Part shown: piece by piece, positions 22,356 through 35,660 of the stretch | Layout: the number at the start of each line of letters is the position of its first letter | Numbering within the stretch: position 1 is the first letter of the stretch | Source of the DNA: Lama guanicoe | Taxonomy: Eukaryota | Assembly (NCBI GenBank): GCA_013239625.1 | Contig: MU056000.1 | Span: forward strand, 10,365,175 to 10,429,174 | Direction: 5' to 3' | DNA length: 64,000 bases | Notes under the pieces: generated by a model | Databases searched by the model: none | What the model was told of the DNA's origin: nothing | Seen by the model: only the letters and a program-made list of their open reading frames with translations | Translations under genes and position numbers: made by a program

Positions 22356-22910
22356 CCCGAAAACATCCTGGTGGATCAGAGTCTAGCCAAGCCAACCATC
22401 AAGCTGGCTGACTTTGGAGATGCTGTCCAACTCAACACGACCTACCACATCCACCAGTTACTGGGGAACCCCGAGTTTGCCGCCCCCGAAATCATCCTCG
22501 GGAACCCGGTCTCCCTGACCTCGGACACGTGGAGCGTTGGAGTGCTGGCCTACGTGCTTCTGAGTGGCGTGTCCCCCTTCCTGGACGACAGCGTGGAAGA
22601 GACCTGCCTGAACATTTGCCGGCTTGACTTTAGTTTCCCAGATGACTACTTCCAAGGAGTGAGCCAGAGGGCCAAGGACTTCGTGTGCTTCCTCCTCCAC
22701 GAGGACCCCGCCAAGCGTCCCTCGGCTGCGCTGGCCCTCCAGGAGCAGTGGCTGCAGGCGGGCCATGGCCACGGCCACAGCAAAGGCGCAAGCGTCCTGG
22801 ACACGTCCAGACTGACCTCCTTCATTGAGCGGCGCAAACACCAGAACGATGTTCGACCTATCCGAAGCATTAAAAACTTCTTACAGAGCAGGCTCTTGCC
22901 TAGAGTTTGA
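22356..22910 (+). CDS. TRIO: TRIO last coding exon, kinase C-lobe (PENIL..DFG..APE..LLPRV*)
   Basis: Acceptor ctcctag; 555 nt to TGA; DFG, APE and DTWSVG motifs; C-terminus SRLLPRV as recalled for TRIO. Confidence 0.97.
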   Translation, partial: PENILVDQSLAKPTIKLADFGDAVQLNTTYHIHQLLGNPEFAAPEIILGNPVSLTSDTWSVGVLAYVLLSGVSPFLDDSVEETCLNICRLDFSFPDDYFQGVSQRAKDFVCFLLHEDPAKRPSAALALQEQWLQAGHGHGHSKGASVLDTSRLTSFIERRKHQNDVRPIRSIKNFLQSRLLPRV

Positions 22911-23783
22911 CCTATCCTGAAGTTCTTTCTCATTCTCTTTCACCTGCCAATCAGCTGTTAATTTGAATTGCAACGAGAACCACAAACCAACAGACCTGAT
23001 CAGCTGCCGTCCGTGCATCGTGTGAAACTGTGAGCTGTGCTCGGGACTCGGGCTGCAAGCTGTGCTGGGGTGGAGGCCCTTCTCGCACATTCTGCGAGAT
23101 TGGAGACAGCATTGCTGTGTCACAGTCATTTATTCAGGTTTCTGCACAGGAATCGAGTTTTGCAAATTTAACATTTTCCAAGATTTATTCAAGGAAGCGA
23201 AATGCCTATGTTCAACCACTGGTGTTAACAAACAAAACAGAGATACTGGACCCCTCTGGGGAAGGACACCCCCCACCCCCAGCGGCGGCCATCCCCGCGG
23301 CCTCGTCTGGAGCTCAGGGTCCACCTGGCTCTGAGCTTTTCCAGCTGCCTGGTCTGTGTGCCTCTCGCCGGGACGCCAGACTAGGCTTCTGAAATGTGCA
23401 TTCAACCTCAAACTTTTGCATAAAAATAGAATGAATCGTTTTGCTCTGATGAAATGTAGGCCTTACTTGTATATAAGACTGGTCCTGCCTTCGGTCTGTC
23501 CCCTCCCCACCTGCCTTCCCGCCCGCTCCCCGCCCACCGGCTGGGGCTTCCTCTGGGGGTCAGTGGGGTCTGCCCATCCACCACCTCCCCAGCATTTAAA
23601 AATTTTTTGCAGTGTTTGTGTTCAGTTTAATGATAACAGTGTATGGTTTGAATAACATATAAGTCAGATGAAAATACTGTAAATGCACTCATTGGGGTTT
23701 TTTTGGTTTTATTTCATATCATGTGCAATGTTGTGGCTTTAACATTTTATGCAACTATTTATGAAGACCTCTGTTGTACCTGT

Positions 23784-23789
23784 AATAAA
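23784..23789 (+). terminator. Proximal poly(A) signal AATAAA
   Basis: Two TGTA motifs directly upstream; GU-rich then G-rich elements downstream. Confidence 0.75.
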
Positions 23790-24304
23790 TATATAGAAAA
23801 AGCACATACTTCGTACGGTGAGCTTTATGGTTTTGTGCGTGTGTCGGGGGTGGGGTGGGGTGGGGGGTCGTAGCCCTGTGCCATCGGTTCAAGGAGACTT
23901 AACTCTTCGTGGAATTTGTCAGTTTTGAGGACTGTAAAAAGTGATTTCATACTCTGAATATAAAACTGGATAATAGGGTAATGTTTTAAATTTTATTATG
24001 CTATTATTCAGAATGCCAAAGTATTATTTTTTTTCCCAAAATCAGTCTGGACATTTCCTACTTTTTAGACTTTTTGACATTCAACTTTCTGTACAAAAAA
24101 AAAAATTGGCTGGATTTTGAGCTTTTGGTAAGAAATAAATGCCAATTAAGCACTAGCCGCCTTGAGGCCGGCGTTGCCATCTGTGGCAGAGCTCACGCTG
24201 GTGTGGGAGGCCTTCCACAAAAGACGCTGGGTTTCTGGGCACGCTTGAATTTTTCTGGATGTCTTTTTATCTTTGTTGTGTGAAATCAACTTTACCAAAA
24301 AAAA

Positions 24305-24326
24305 NNNNNNNNNNNNNNNNNNNNNN
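24305..24326. other. Assembly gap (22 N)
   Basis: N run between an A tract and a C tract. Confidence 1.
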
Positions 24327-24651
24327 CCCCCCTTCCCAGCCAGACACCTGGGTCTTCAGCCATCAACTGGCTTAGTTAAGCTTTGCAGCTTCCGATGTAT
24401 TTTATTTATTCTTTCGTTGGGTTTTTGTTTGTTTCTTGTAAAATTGTACAGAAACTTTTTAAAAGAAATTGGATTCAGAACTGGATGTGTATTCGTAACC
24501 TCACAACTTTTATTTGTGTGTTGTTTCATTTATTATTTCAGTTCCATTTTTACGTTATTTTGCATGTATATTTCTTTGTACAGAGACCTTCCGTGTTTAC
24601 ACAGTATGATGTGATGTAAATATTTTATTTTACCATCAGTTATTTTAAAAA

Positions 24652-24657
24652 ATTAAA
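24652..24657 (+). terminator. Distal poly(A) signal ATTAAA
   Basis: Ends a U-rich block with several TGTA motifs; U-rich downstream; base composition changes after ~24720. Confidence 0.65.
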
Positions 24658-25849
24658 CATATTTGCCTGATTTTCGTCTTAGGCCTTTTATTTAAATGGG
24701 TCACTATTGAATGGAAAAGAGATCGCTGTGGGAAGAGACTGACGGACAGAGGCCTCTGGTGGGTTGGGGCGGGGGGTGGGAAGAGAATATTCTGGATGGG
24801 GAATTCACTGTGTGTGGTCCGAAACAGGAGCCAGGCAAGGTCCTGCAGACTGGGTCACAGCCCCGACTCAGAAGACATGGCGTATAAACCAGAATGTCAG
24901 CTGACTGCACAGTGGGGCTGCACCTGTCCTGGCTAGAGTGACTAAGGGACCCCCTGTTCTTGATAAGCATAGATTCAGAGCCAAGGGGAAAGCTGTAGCA
25001 TCCTGGCCACAGAGAAGCATGAATAACGTGGTCCAGATGGACTGAAGAAAGTGAAGCGCTTAGGTTCAATCACCTGCGTTGGGAACAAATCCAAGGACCC
25101 ACACCTGGGAAGACCCCTCCCCGCCAACCGTGGTGGCTTCTGCCTGCTTCTGACAGCAGGTCCTCTCCCCTGGTGACCACTGGCATCTCTCTTGTTTTGA
25201 TTCCTTTTTGCTTTCTTTTTTTGAATTCACTACCCCTGGGATGGTGACTTTGCTCAGCACACCATAAAGGTTTTACTTTTCATCTGTTTGCTGAAATCCC
25301 GAAGTTCAGTGTGAGAGGACGACATTTGGGCCAAGACCCTGGGTCCGGGCACAGGAAGCTCGTGCTCCCTGAGGTGAGTGCTTCCTCCTGGATCCCAGGG
25401 ACATCAGTGCTCAGTGGGCTCTGAAAAGATGGAAACGTGGGGTCGGTTCTAACTTGAGCAACAGGGGAGGCAAGGGTCTGCTGGTTTCAATGGACACTTG
25501 CTGAATGATGTAAGGATGCTCGTGAGTTAACAAAGCATCTCACAGGTGAAAAGTGACCTGTCGTGATCACAACCCAGATTTCTCAAATAGCAAAATATTA
25601 TTCTGCATGTTACTATTTATGTATTTTTTTTAAATCCAAGCATTCTCTTTAGCTCTAACGGAAAAAAGATCACCAGTATTTTAGCAACATAAATTATAAG
25701 CATCATCTTATAGCAAGTCATATCCAAAGGATATTAGACCATCTTAGATCACTGGAAAGAAAGGTCCTTTCAACTACACTTTTCAGACAACTGTAGAGAC
25801 AGAATTCGTGGGACTGATAGATTGCTCTGTGTGTACATGTGTGGTTTAA

Positions 25850-28800
25850 CTTAAAAAACAATAAGATACACAAACCATGATTATATAGCTCAATACATTT
25901 CTATAGGTATATTTGTGTCTGTGATTGCCATCCAAAGCAAAACAATCCAACATTTCCATCATCCCCGAGAAGGTCCCCCCTGCCCCTCCCTAGTCAGTCC
26001 CTCCCTGCCACCCACTGGCGGACGCCTGAATCTTTCCCAGCTTTTGGCTGTTACAAATAAAGCTTCTCTGGACATTTGTGTACAGATTTTGGGGGGAACA
26101 TTCATCTTCATGTCTCTGACATAAATGTCAGACAATTTCCTGATCATATGGTAAGTGCGTATTTCATTTTTTAATGGTTTGCTAAACTGTTTTTCAGACT
26201 CTACCATTTTACATTCACACCAACAATGTATGAAAAATCCAGATTCTTCAAATCTCCAGCATTTGATGGTGTCACTAACTTTTTTTTTTTTTGGCAGGGG
26301 GCATTCTGACAAGTGTATAGTGATGTGTTACGTGGTTTTGATTTGCATTTCCCTAGTGGCTAATGATGTTGAACACTTTCCCTGTGCTTAATTGCCATCT
26401 GCTTCTCCTCTTGAGTGAAAAGTCTCTTCAGATCCTTTGCCCATTTTCTACTGAAGTTTTGCACTTTTTACTGTTGAGATTTGAGAGTTCCTTATATATT
26501 CTAGGTGCTAGTCCTTTGTCAGAGAAGTGGTTTACAGGTATTTCCCCCACTTTACAGTTTGTCTTTCTATCTTCCTAACAGGCGCTTTCATAGAGGAAAA
26601 AGGTTTTAATTTTGATGAATTCCTGTTGATCAGTTCTTTTCTGGACCAAGCTTCTTGTTGTTGAGTCTAAGAACTCTTTACCTGGATTGAAGCTTTTTCT
26701 CCTTAGTTTTTTCCTAAACATTTTTAAGTTTTACATTATACATATAAATCCCTGATCCATTTTGAGTTAATTTTTGAAAAAGTTATAAAATATAGGTTGA
26801 GGGGTTTTTCGTTATTTTTAGTTTGCTTGTTTTCTTCTTTTTGTTTTGCAGATGGATGGCCAATTAATCCAGTATGACTTGTTGAAAAGGTACCCTTTTT
26901 TGATTTTGTCAGAAATCTGTTGGGCCTGTTTATGTGGGTCTATGTCTGGGTTCTCGTTTCTGTTCCGTTGCTCTAATTTTCTGCCCCTCGATTGATACCA
27001 CGCAGTGTGGATTGCTGTTGGTGTACAATGAGTCTTGATATCAGATAGACTGTACTGCTCCCCCTGCCTTTATTCTCTTTTTCAAAGTTAGTTTAGCTAT
27101 TCTCCTTTGCCTTTCCAGATAAATTTGAGAATAGTCTTGTCTGTAGCTACAGAATATCTTGCTGTAAGTTTTATAGAAATTGCATTAAATCTGTGTATCA
27201 GTTTGGGAAGTCTTTACTATGTTGAGTCCTCCAATCCACGAATACAACATGGCTCGCCTTTTATTTAGATTTCCTTTGATTTCTTTCATCAGCATTTTGT
27301 TGTTTTAAAAGTTCTTGCACGTGTCTTGTTAGAATTATACCTAAGTATTTCTCTTTTAAGCAACTATAAATATTCTATTTTTAATTTTATTGTCCATGAA
27401 TTCATTACTGCTATACAGAAATACAATTGATTTTTTAATTTTATCATTTGTTTTACATACTTGCTAAACTCCCTAGTTCTAGGTGTTTTTATAGATTCCT
27501 TGGGATTCTCTACATGACTATGTCATCTGCAAATAAAGGACAGTTTTATTTCTTCTGCTCCAATTTGTATACTTTTTATTTCTTTTTCTTTTCTTATTGC
27601 ACTAGTTACAACATCCCATATTATGGTGAATACAAGTGGTGAGAGCAGACATCCTTGTCTTGTTCCTGGTCTTAAGTGGGAAAGCATTCCATCCTTCACC
27701 ACTAAGTGCAGAGTAAGCCGTAGACTTTTACACTCTTTACCAAGCTGAGGATGTTCTCTGTTCCTGTTTTTCCGAGTTTTTACCATGAATGGGGGTTGAA
27801 TGTTGCCAAATGTGTTTTCTATGTCAATAGATCATGTAATTTTTCTTCTTTAGCCTGTTAGTATGATGCATTATATGGATTGATGTTTGAATATCAAGCC
27901 AACCTTGCATCCTTGGAGTGAACCCCATGAGGTCGTGGTGTATAATTCTTTCTATGTTTCTGAATTGTATTTGGTAATATTTTGTTCAGGATTTTTATAT
28001 CTATATTCATAAGGGATAGTGGTTGTAATTTCCTTTTTTGTGTATGTACTTTTGATTTTGGTATAGGTACTGATAGCTTCATAAAATGAATTAAGAAGTG
28101 TTATCTCCTCTTCTGTTTTCTAGAAGAGATTGTGTAAGATTGATGTTAATTCTTTAAATGTTTGGGAGACTTCTCTAGTGGAACCATGTAGCCTAGAGAA
28201 TTTTTTATGTGAAATTTTTACATTATGAATTTGCTTTCCCGAAGTGTTGCTGTTATTCAAATGACCTGCTTCATAGATAGTGAACTATGATAGGTTGTGC
28301 TTTTCAAATTGATCTATGTTCTGTCTAGTTATTCAATCAATTATTGTTAGAAGAACTATAATTATGGATTTTTCTGTTTCTTCTTTCACTTCTCTCAGTT
28401 TTTGCTACATATAATTTGCAGCTCTGTTCTTTGATGCACACACACTTGGGAGAACTATGTCTTCTTGGTGGGTTAACCCTTATATCACTGTGTGATATAC
28501 CATTCTTCTCTCTAGCAGTTTTCTTTGCTCCAATATCTACTTTATCTGATACTAATGTAGTTACTCCTACTTTTTTAAAATTAATGTTAGCATCTTTTCC
28601 TATCCTTTACCTGTTACCATATCTGTATCATTATATATGAGTAGATTTCTTACAGACAACGTCTAGTTGGATCATGTTTTTTAATCCACTGTGCCCATCT
28701 CTGTCTGTTAATTGGTGTATTTGGATTATTTACATTTAATGTAATTATTGGTAGGGTTGAGGCTTAAGCCTGCACTTTTATTTTTTGGTTTATTGTTCTG

Positions 28801-29711
28801 CTTCCCACTTTTCTGTTTTCTTTTGCCTGCCTTCCTGTGGGTTGCTTGAGCACTTTTAGAATTTCATTTTGATTTATCCATCCTGATTTTGAATGTATCT
28901 CTCTGTATAGCTTTAGTGGTTGCTCTAGGAATTGCATTATACATACATAACTCATCACAGTCTACTGGTGTCATCACTTCACCGGTGTTTGTAAAATATA
29001 GAAAACTTACGTCTCTTTATGTCTCATTACCCTCTCTAGTTTATAGTTGTTTTAAATATTTCCTGTACAGACATTTAGAGCCACATCACATGATGTTATA
29101 ACTTAGTTTCAACTATCAAACATAATTTAAAAAACTAAAATGTATTCTACTTACATATATTTTTACCCTTTCCATTGTTCTTCCTTCTTTCTTAATATTC
29201 CAACATTTCTTTACCCTTTCCTTTCTATTCAGAGAACTAGCTTTAGCCATTCCATTAGGGTAGTTCTGCTGGCAACAAATTCTCTTGGTTTTCCTTCATC
29301 TGATAATGCCTGTTTCTACCCTTTCATTCCTGACATTTCCCCTGGATATAGAATTCTGGGTTGACAGGGTTTTTTTTCTTTCTGCACTTGGAAAACGTGC
29401 AATGCTGCTTCATTCAGGACTTCATGATTTCTGATAAGAAATTTACTGTCATTTTTTCCTCTTATAATTAAGATATTTTTCTCCCACTTTCAAGATTTTT
29501 TGTTTGTTTTTAATTTTCAGAAGTTTGCCAATGATGTGTCTTAGTGTGAATTTCTTTGTATTTATTCTGAGATTCACTCAGATTCCTGAATCTGTAGGTT
29601 TTGTATCTTTTGCCAAATTTTCAGTCATTTTTTCCAAGTACTTGTAGAGCCCTGCCTTCTCTTTTTCTCCCTCAAAGACTCCAGTAATGTGAGTATTAGC
29701 CGTTTTTTGTT

Positions 29712-29751
<40 letters not shown>

Positions 29752-30990
29752 ACCCCACAGGTCTCTGAGGCACTGCTCTTCCCCCCGCCCCTCCCAAGCT
29801 ACTGTCTCATCATGTTCAGATTGGGTAGCTTCTGTTTTCCCTACTGTCTCATCATGTTCAGATTGGGTAGCTTCTGTTTTCCTATCAGCAGGTACACCGA
29901 GCATGTCCTCTCTCCACTCCAGTCTGCTGTCGAACCCATACAGTGAGTTTACTTCGGTTGTTGTATTTCTGTGTTCTAAAATTTGATTCGGTTTGTCTTT
30001 ATATCTTTTATTTCTTTGCTAAGACTTTTGATCTTTTCCTTTCTTTCAAGCATGTTCATAATTGTTCCTTGACGGATTTTTATCGCAACTGCGTCAAAAC
30101 TTTTGCCAGATTATCCTGACATTCCTGTCATCTCATTATTGGTGTCTATTGTGTATCTTTTTGATGCAAGTTGAGATTTTCCTGGTTGGTATGATGAATG
30201 ATCTACAATTGAAATGGGGACATTTTAGATATTATTAGGTTATGAATTCTGAATCTCATTTAAACCTGATTTCACTGGCTTCCTCTAACACCATTCCAGC
30301 AGGGGAAGAGGGCTGGGTGCTGCTTCACTAATGGTGAAAACATTCTGAGTTCCACTAGGCCTCCTCTGACATCACCCCAGCGGGGAGGGAAGGGGTCTTG
30401 TGATTGCTTGGTGGAAGTGAAAACGGAAGTGTAGGCTCCCCACGTGATCCCCACGGGTAGCAGGGGGGCGGGGAGTCTTGTTACTGCCCTTCAGGGATGA
30501 AAGTCCCAGCTCCCCATTTGACCTTCTCTAACACCATCTTGGCCAGAGGGTGGGGTCCCCATTACAACCTGGCTGGGGTGGGGAATCTAGGCTCCCCACT
30601 CAGTCTTTGCTGGTGGGGTGGGGGTGCAGGTCACCATGTTTTCTGTCCTGTCCGGCTAGAGTAGGGAAGTTATTGCCTAAAAGTTTCTGTCTGACAAGGC
30701 TGACCCTTTCCTGGTCCTCTGTCTAGAGAGAGCCGGGTTTTGTCTGGACCTCTGTTGTTGGCATTTCCAAATTGTGCACTTCTTCAGCTCTGAGGCTGAG
30801 ATGTACAAAGCAAAAAGAAATCCAGAGAACTACCACCTGGGGGTTCCTCAGCCCTGAGCTTTCTCACTGGTCTGCTTTCTTCTCTTCACCTTGCAGAGTC
30901 TTTTTAAGTTCGTTTTATGTGGACTCAGGATTTTCCTTAGTTGGAGAAATAGGAAAAGTCTGTCTACCCCAGCCTTCCAGAAGCGGAAGT
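25850..30990 (-). mobile_element. Ancient fragmented L1 (L1M-type), 3'UTR through ORF2 to the ORF1/5' region
   Basis: T-rich strand; minus-strand remnants GTRQGCLLSPLVFTI..IRKEKEIKSIQIG and PLSLMNIDIKILNKIL in colinear order; may be more than one element. Confidence 0.85.
29799..29882. repeat. Perfect 2 x 42 bp tandem duplication
   Basis: CTACTGTCTCATCATGTTCAGATTGGGTAGCTTCTGTTTTCC at 29799-29840 and 29841-29882. Confidence 0.95.
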
Positions 30991-32080
30991 CCAGTGCCAA
31001 TGCTTCTCTGTTTATTTGCTCATTTTAGGATTGTGTGATGTGGGTTTCCTGACAGGTACAAAAGCAACTGCATCATCTTAGTTTCCAAAGTGACCGATTT
31101 TATCAGTTATAAAAGGGAGAACTTCACAGCCAGTAATGGTCAGAATTTAAGTTCATTGCACAGTTTACTATCTTACACCTTTTCTTGATTCGTTTCTCAT
31201 TGACTCGTTTCTTACTGAGGCCTGACTTAACTACCAACACTCCTATTCTCCTCCTGTTCCCCTGTAACCAGGCGGAATGTCCAGGAAGGGATAACTGATG
31301 AGAAACAGTAGGTCACGGCCGGACTCCTGAGAGCCAGTGGTCTGGACAGGCAGCGCTGGTCACGCGACAGGACTGGGGGCCTGCAGGGAGCGTGTGGGCA
31401 GCTCTGCTCTCTGGAAAGATCTGTGAGGGAGAGGAGGGAAGAGTATTGACTCGAGTAACTTCTAGAAGGCTGCATGCAATGAATTGTCCGACAGAAGTTC
31501 TGGGGGAGCAGAAAAGAGCACCATGCCAGGCCTTGAAGCTCAGCAGGGTTTCCAGACTCGCCTCCGGTTGGGTCCAGGCATCAGGTTGCTCTGGCAACAG
31601 CAAGGTCGCAAGCGGAGGGAACGATTCTGGTGTCATTTAAGGCAGCAGAACATTTTCTTCCTCAGAGGTCTCCTGCCTCGTTGGCCATTTCTTATTTACA
31701 AGTCAAAGCTTTTACAGAGGTTTCTCTTTCACTCTGTGGCACTCATCCTCTGGCCACTCCGGTTCTGAGGCCCCTTTTTAGGGACTGCTGAGTTTACTGG
31801 AGCATCTTCCTCCTTCCTCCTCCCATAGAATATGAAAGTTAGAGGGTTTACAAGGCAAAACCTCTTGTGAAAGGCCAAGAAAAGTGGAGACCTGAATCAC
31901 TGCTGATAGAAAACCCCCATCTCTGCTCCATTTTTGAAGGTTAAAAAACAAACTCTTTCACTCAGTTTTACCCTATCCCTCGGTTTCTTGATGACTAAGT
32001 TAACCTCATGTGAATGTGCTTATACAGGAAAGAACAAGTCAGAACAAATGACAGAGAAACAGATTTAAGAGACACAGCCT

Positions 32081-32178
32081 GGGGAGAGGGTAATAGCTCA
32101 GTGGTAAAGCACATGCTTAGCGCACACGAGGTCCTGGGTTCAATCCCCAGTACCTCCATTGAAAAAAATAATAATAAT
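32081..32178 (+). mobile_element. tRNA-derived camelid SINE (Vic-1-like)
   Basis: A box TAGCTCAGTGG, B box GGTTCAATCC, ends tacctcc plus A/AAT tail. Confidence 0.9.
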
Positions 32179-33339
32179 TTGAGAACTGCTGACACTGCTG
32201 TGTCGTTAAGATATGGTAATGACCTGGTTTCCATGTTTATTTAAAATGCTCACGCCAAAAGAGAAAAGATGCAAAGCATCACTGTTTTGCAAACATGGAA
32301 ATTCCCGGCCAGTGCTGAGCTCTGTCAAGCCAGGGTTTGTTCCAGCAGGCTCCCCAGAGGTGGGAAGATGTCAGCGTTCCCTTATTTTCCTTCTCAATTT
32401 TATGGCCAAGTGGGTGAAATAGGAAATATAAATGAGAGCAGGTATTACAGCTCTGCAGGTGTTAAATTCACTCGCCCCTACCCCTCTGACCTACCCCATT
32501 TTTCTTTGAGGCCACCTCCCACCTGTGGGAATTGTCAGGGGTCAGTTGGGAACCACCTCCTCTGGTGACACGGGCTCCTTCCCAGGCGACCTGTTGATTC
32601 CATGCTTTTGTTTGCACTGTGTTCGTTGTCTGTGGCCTTTAACAAATCGCCACAGACCACAAGGGACTAAAAACAACAGCGTGTGTGTGCGGTTGGGGCA
32701 AGTTATGAACAACAACATACAGAAAACAGAAGTCCAACTGCCATTTCTAAGGTGCCAGGGGCAAAGGCGGGGCACTGCCCACGATCCCTGCACGCAGCAC
32801 CCTGCAGGGGTCGGGCGGGCCACCCAAGCCCCTCCCCTCCTCTCCAGCCTCACCCTGGTCGGCAAGAGCGGGAGAAAAGCCATCTGAACTACTAAACAGT
32901 TAAGCACTTACAAACACCATGTGATCACCAGTGACAGTAGGGTCCTGCTCGGTTACAGGGGGACTCCCTGTACTACCTTTGCAACTTTCTGTAAGCTTAT
33001 AATTATTTCAAAATAAAACATTTTTTAAAAGTCTTGTCCCTCTCAGAGCCAGCCAGTGGCAGAGCTGGCCCAGGACTCTTGTTTTAGGGTGACCAGCCCT
33101 CTCCCTCCCCAGACCACTAAGACAGGCTTCTCTGGAACCACGAACATCCCACAGACAAAGCTGCGGGCACCAGGGACACCCCAAGAATACCCTTCCCTCT
33201 GCTTCAGTAGCTGGCGCCCCTCCCCTTGTTCCATGGGGGCTGCCCCTCCCCCCACCTGGCTTACCTCTTCCCCTGCTAGGTCAGGGCGAGGCCAGGACAG
33301 GGGCAGTGGGGTGGGGGCAAGGAGGGACCCATTTCTAAT

Positions 33340-33700
33340 AATATGTTTTAAAATAAAATACCTAGGGAAAATCTGGCAGAAGCTGCCCAAAATCTCTTCC
33401 CTGAAAACAACGAAATGTTGTTGAAAAATGTAAAAAGTACTAATTTGTGGAGGGAAATACCATGGTCATAGCTTGGATAGCTTAATGTTGTAAAGAGGTC
33501 AGTTCTCCTTAGGTTCACCTGTAGATTCAGTGCAGTCCCAATCACAGCCCTAGCAGGTGTTTCTGTCGAAATTGATTGACAAGCCTACTCTAAAATTCAT
33601 ATGGAAGTGCAGAGGACCGAGACGCACCAAAGCACCCATGAAGAGGACCGAGGAAGCCGGAGGAGCACCTACGGGACTGACTATCAGGACCTCCGACGAG
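33340..33700 (+). mobile_element. Old L1 ORF2 fragment
   Basis: aaaatacctaggg...aaattgattgacaagcctactctaaaattcatatggaa (LKFIWK). Confidence 0.7.
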
Positions 33701-34286
33701 ACTCCAGGACGCAGGACTCTGGGATTGACAAGGAGGGACAACCCAGGCGGGCATCCTAGTTTGCCTTTGGTTTTTCTAGGTTGTGCCAGAATTCAAAGAG
33801 ACCACGATTGCTTAGGGAAAGACCCTGGAATTCATACCCCCCAGTGAATAGCCAGTACATATGAGAAAGGCCTGGGCTGGACCCATAGGTCAGAGAATCA
33901 TCAGAATGTTGAAGTCAGAGGGACTAAAACGTTCCTGTTAAGAAAAGAAGGCAGAGCAGTAAGTGAGAGAGGACACAGAGGGCTGGAGCCATAGGCTTGT
34001 TATGTAGACGGTGGTATCACTGTTCCTTTCAGAACATTTTTCCCTAAATTTCTTTCTCATTAACGTCCTCTCAGGAAATGTATGGTTTAGGCCAACTGAC
34101 TGGGTTAGCATGAACTTGTGTGACCCTGAACCCCAGGAAAACACTCAAGAGTCCCCGAGAATGTCCCCCATGAGCATGAACATCCAGGTCTCCACCGTCA
34201 CCTTATGAGCATTGAAAATGCTCACGTTCAGGGCATTCGGAAAACCTCCAAAGATGGACTGAAACCAAACTGAAGGATCACTCGTA

Positions 34287-35660
34287 CAATGGAGAAAAGA
34301 CAGTCTCTTCTGCAAGTCGTGCTGGGAAAACTGGACGGCTGCATGTAAATCAGTGAAGTTAGAACACTTCCTCACACCATATACAAAGCTAAACTCCAAA
34401 TGGCTTAAAGACTTAAACATATGACAAGACACTGTAAACCTCCTGGAAGAAAACATAAGCAAAACATTCTCTGACATAAATCTTAGCAATGTTCTCCAAG
34501 GGCAATCTACCCAGGCAATAGAAATAAAAGCAAAAATAAACAAGTGGGACCTAATTAAACTTACAAGCTTTTGCACAGCAAAGGAAACCATAAACAAAAC
34601 AAAAAAGCAATCTACGGACTGAGAGAAAATATTTGTAAATGATGCAACTGACAATTCCAGAATATACAAACAGCTCATACAACTTAATAGCAAGAAAACA
34701 AACAACTCAATCCAAAAATGGGCAGAAGACCTAAATAAGTAATTCTCCAATGAAGACATACAAATGGCCAATAGGCACATGAAAAAATGTTCAATGTCGC
34801 TAATTATCAGAAAAGTGCAAATCAAAACTACAATGAGGTATCACCTCACACCAGTCAGAATGGCCATCATTCAAAAGTCCACAAACAATAGTTGCTGGAG
34901 AGGCTGTGGAGAAAAGGGAGCCCTCCTACACTGCTGGTGGGAATGTAATTGGTGCAGCCACTATGGAAAACAGTATGCAGATTCCTTTAAAAAACTAAAA
35001 ATAGACTTATCATACGATCCAGCAATCCCACTGTTAGGCATATATCTGGAGGGAACTCTAATTGGAAAAGATACATGCACCTCAGTGTTCATAGCAGCAC
35101 TATATACAATAGCCAAGACATAGAAACAACCTAAGTGTCCATTGACAGATGACTGGATAAAGAAGCTGTGGTATGTTTATACAATAGAATACTATTCAGC
35201 CATAAAAAAGAATAAAATTATGCCATTTGCTGCAACATGGATGGACCTGGGATGGTCATTCTAAGTGAAGTAAGCCAGAAAGAGAAAGAAAAATACCGTA
35301 TGGTATCACTTATACATGGAATCTGAAAAAAAGACACAAATGAATTATCTACAGAACAGAAATAGATTCACAGACACAGAGAACAAACTTATGGTTACCA
35401 AGTGGGAAAGGGGTCGGAAGGGATAAATTGGGAGTTTGAGATTTGCAGATACTAACTACTATATATGAAATAGATAAACAAGTTTCTACTGTATAGCACA
35501 GGGAACTATATTCAATATCTTGTAGTAACCTATAATGAAAAGGAATATATGTATATACATGGATGACTGAAACATTATGCTGTACACTAGAAATTGATTC
35601 AACATTGTAAACTGACTATGCTTCAATAAAATAAACAAATAATTTTTAAAATTAAAAAAA
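34287..35660 (+). mobile_element. Young 5'-truncated L1 (ORF2 end, 3'UTR, A tail)
   Basis: ORF 34764-35123 ([26 protein letters not shown]); AATAAA and A-rich tail; candidate TSD AAGGATCACTC[G/A]TA at 34273-34286 and 35697-35710. Confidence 0.95.

Larger units (their letters stand above)
22911..24680 (+). other. TRIO: TRIO 3'UTR (end approximate)
   Basis: U-rich sequence with no recognisable interspersed repeats after the stop, containing three poly(A) hexamers. Confidence 0.75.

Noticed and set aside
8127..22910. TRIO as a pseudogene because of the frameshift
   Set aside because: All other exons keep their frame, splice sites and kinase motifs; one indel in GC-rich sequence is better explained as an error
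32081..32160. tRNA-like sequence with A and B boxes (also at 6715 and 52857)
   Set aside because: Three diverged copies with A-rich tails, two with candidate TSDs; these are SINEs, not tRNA genes
34145..34825. 226-aa hydrophobic minus-strand ORF
   Set aside because: Antisense reading of L1 ORF2
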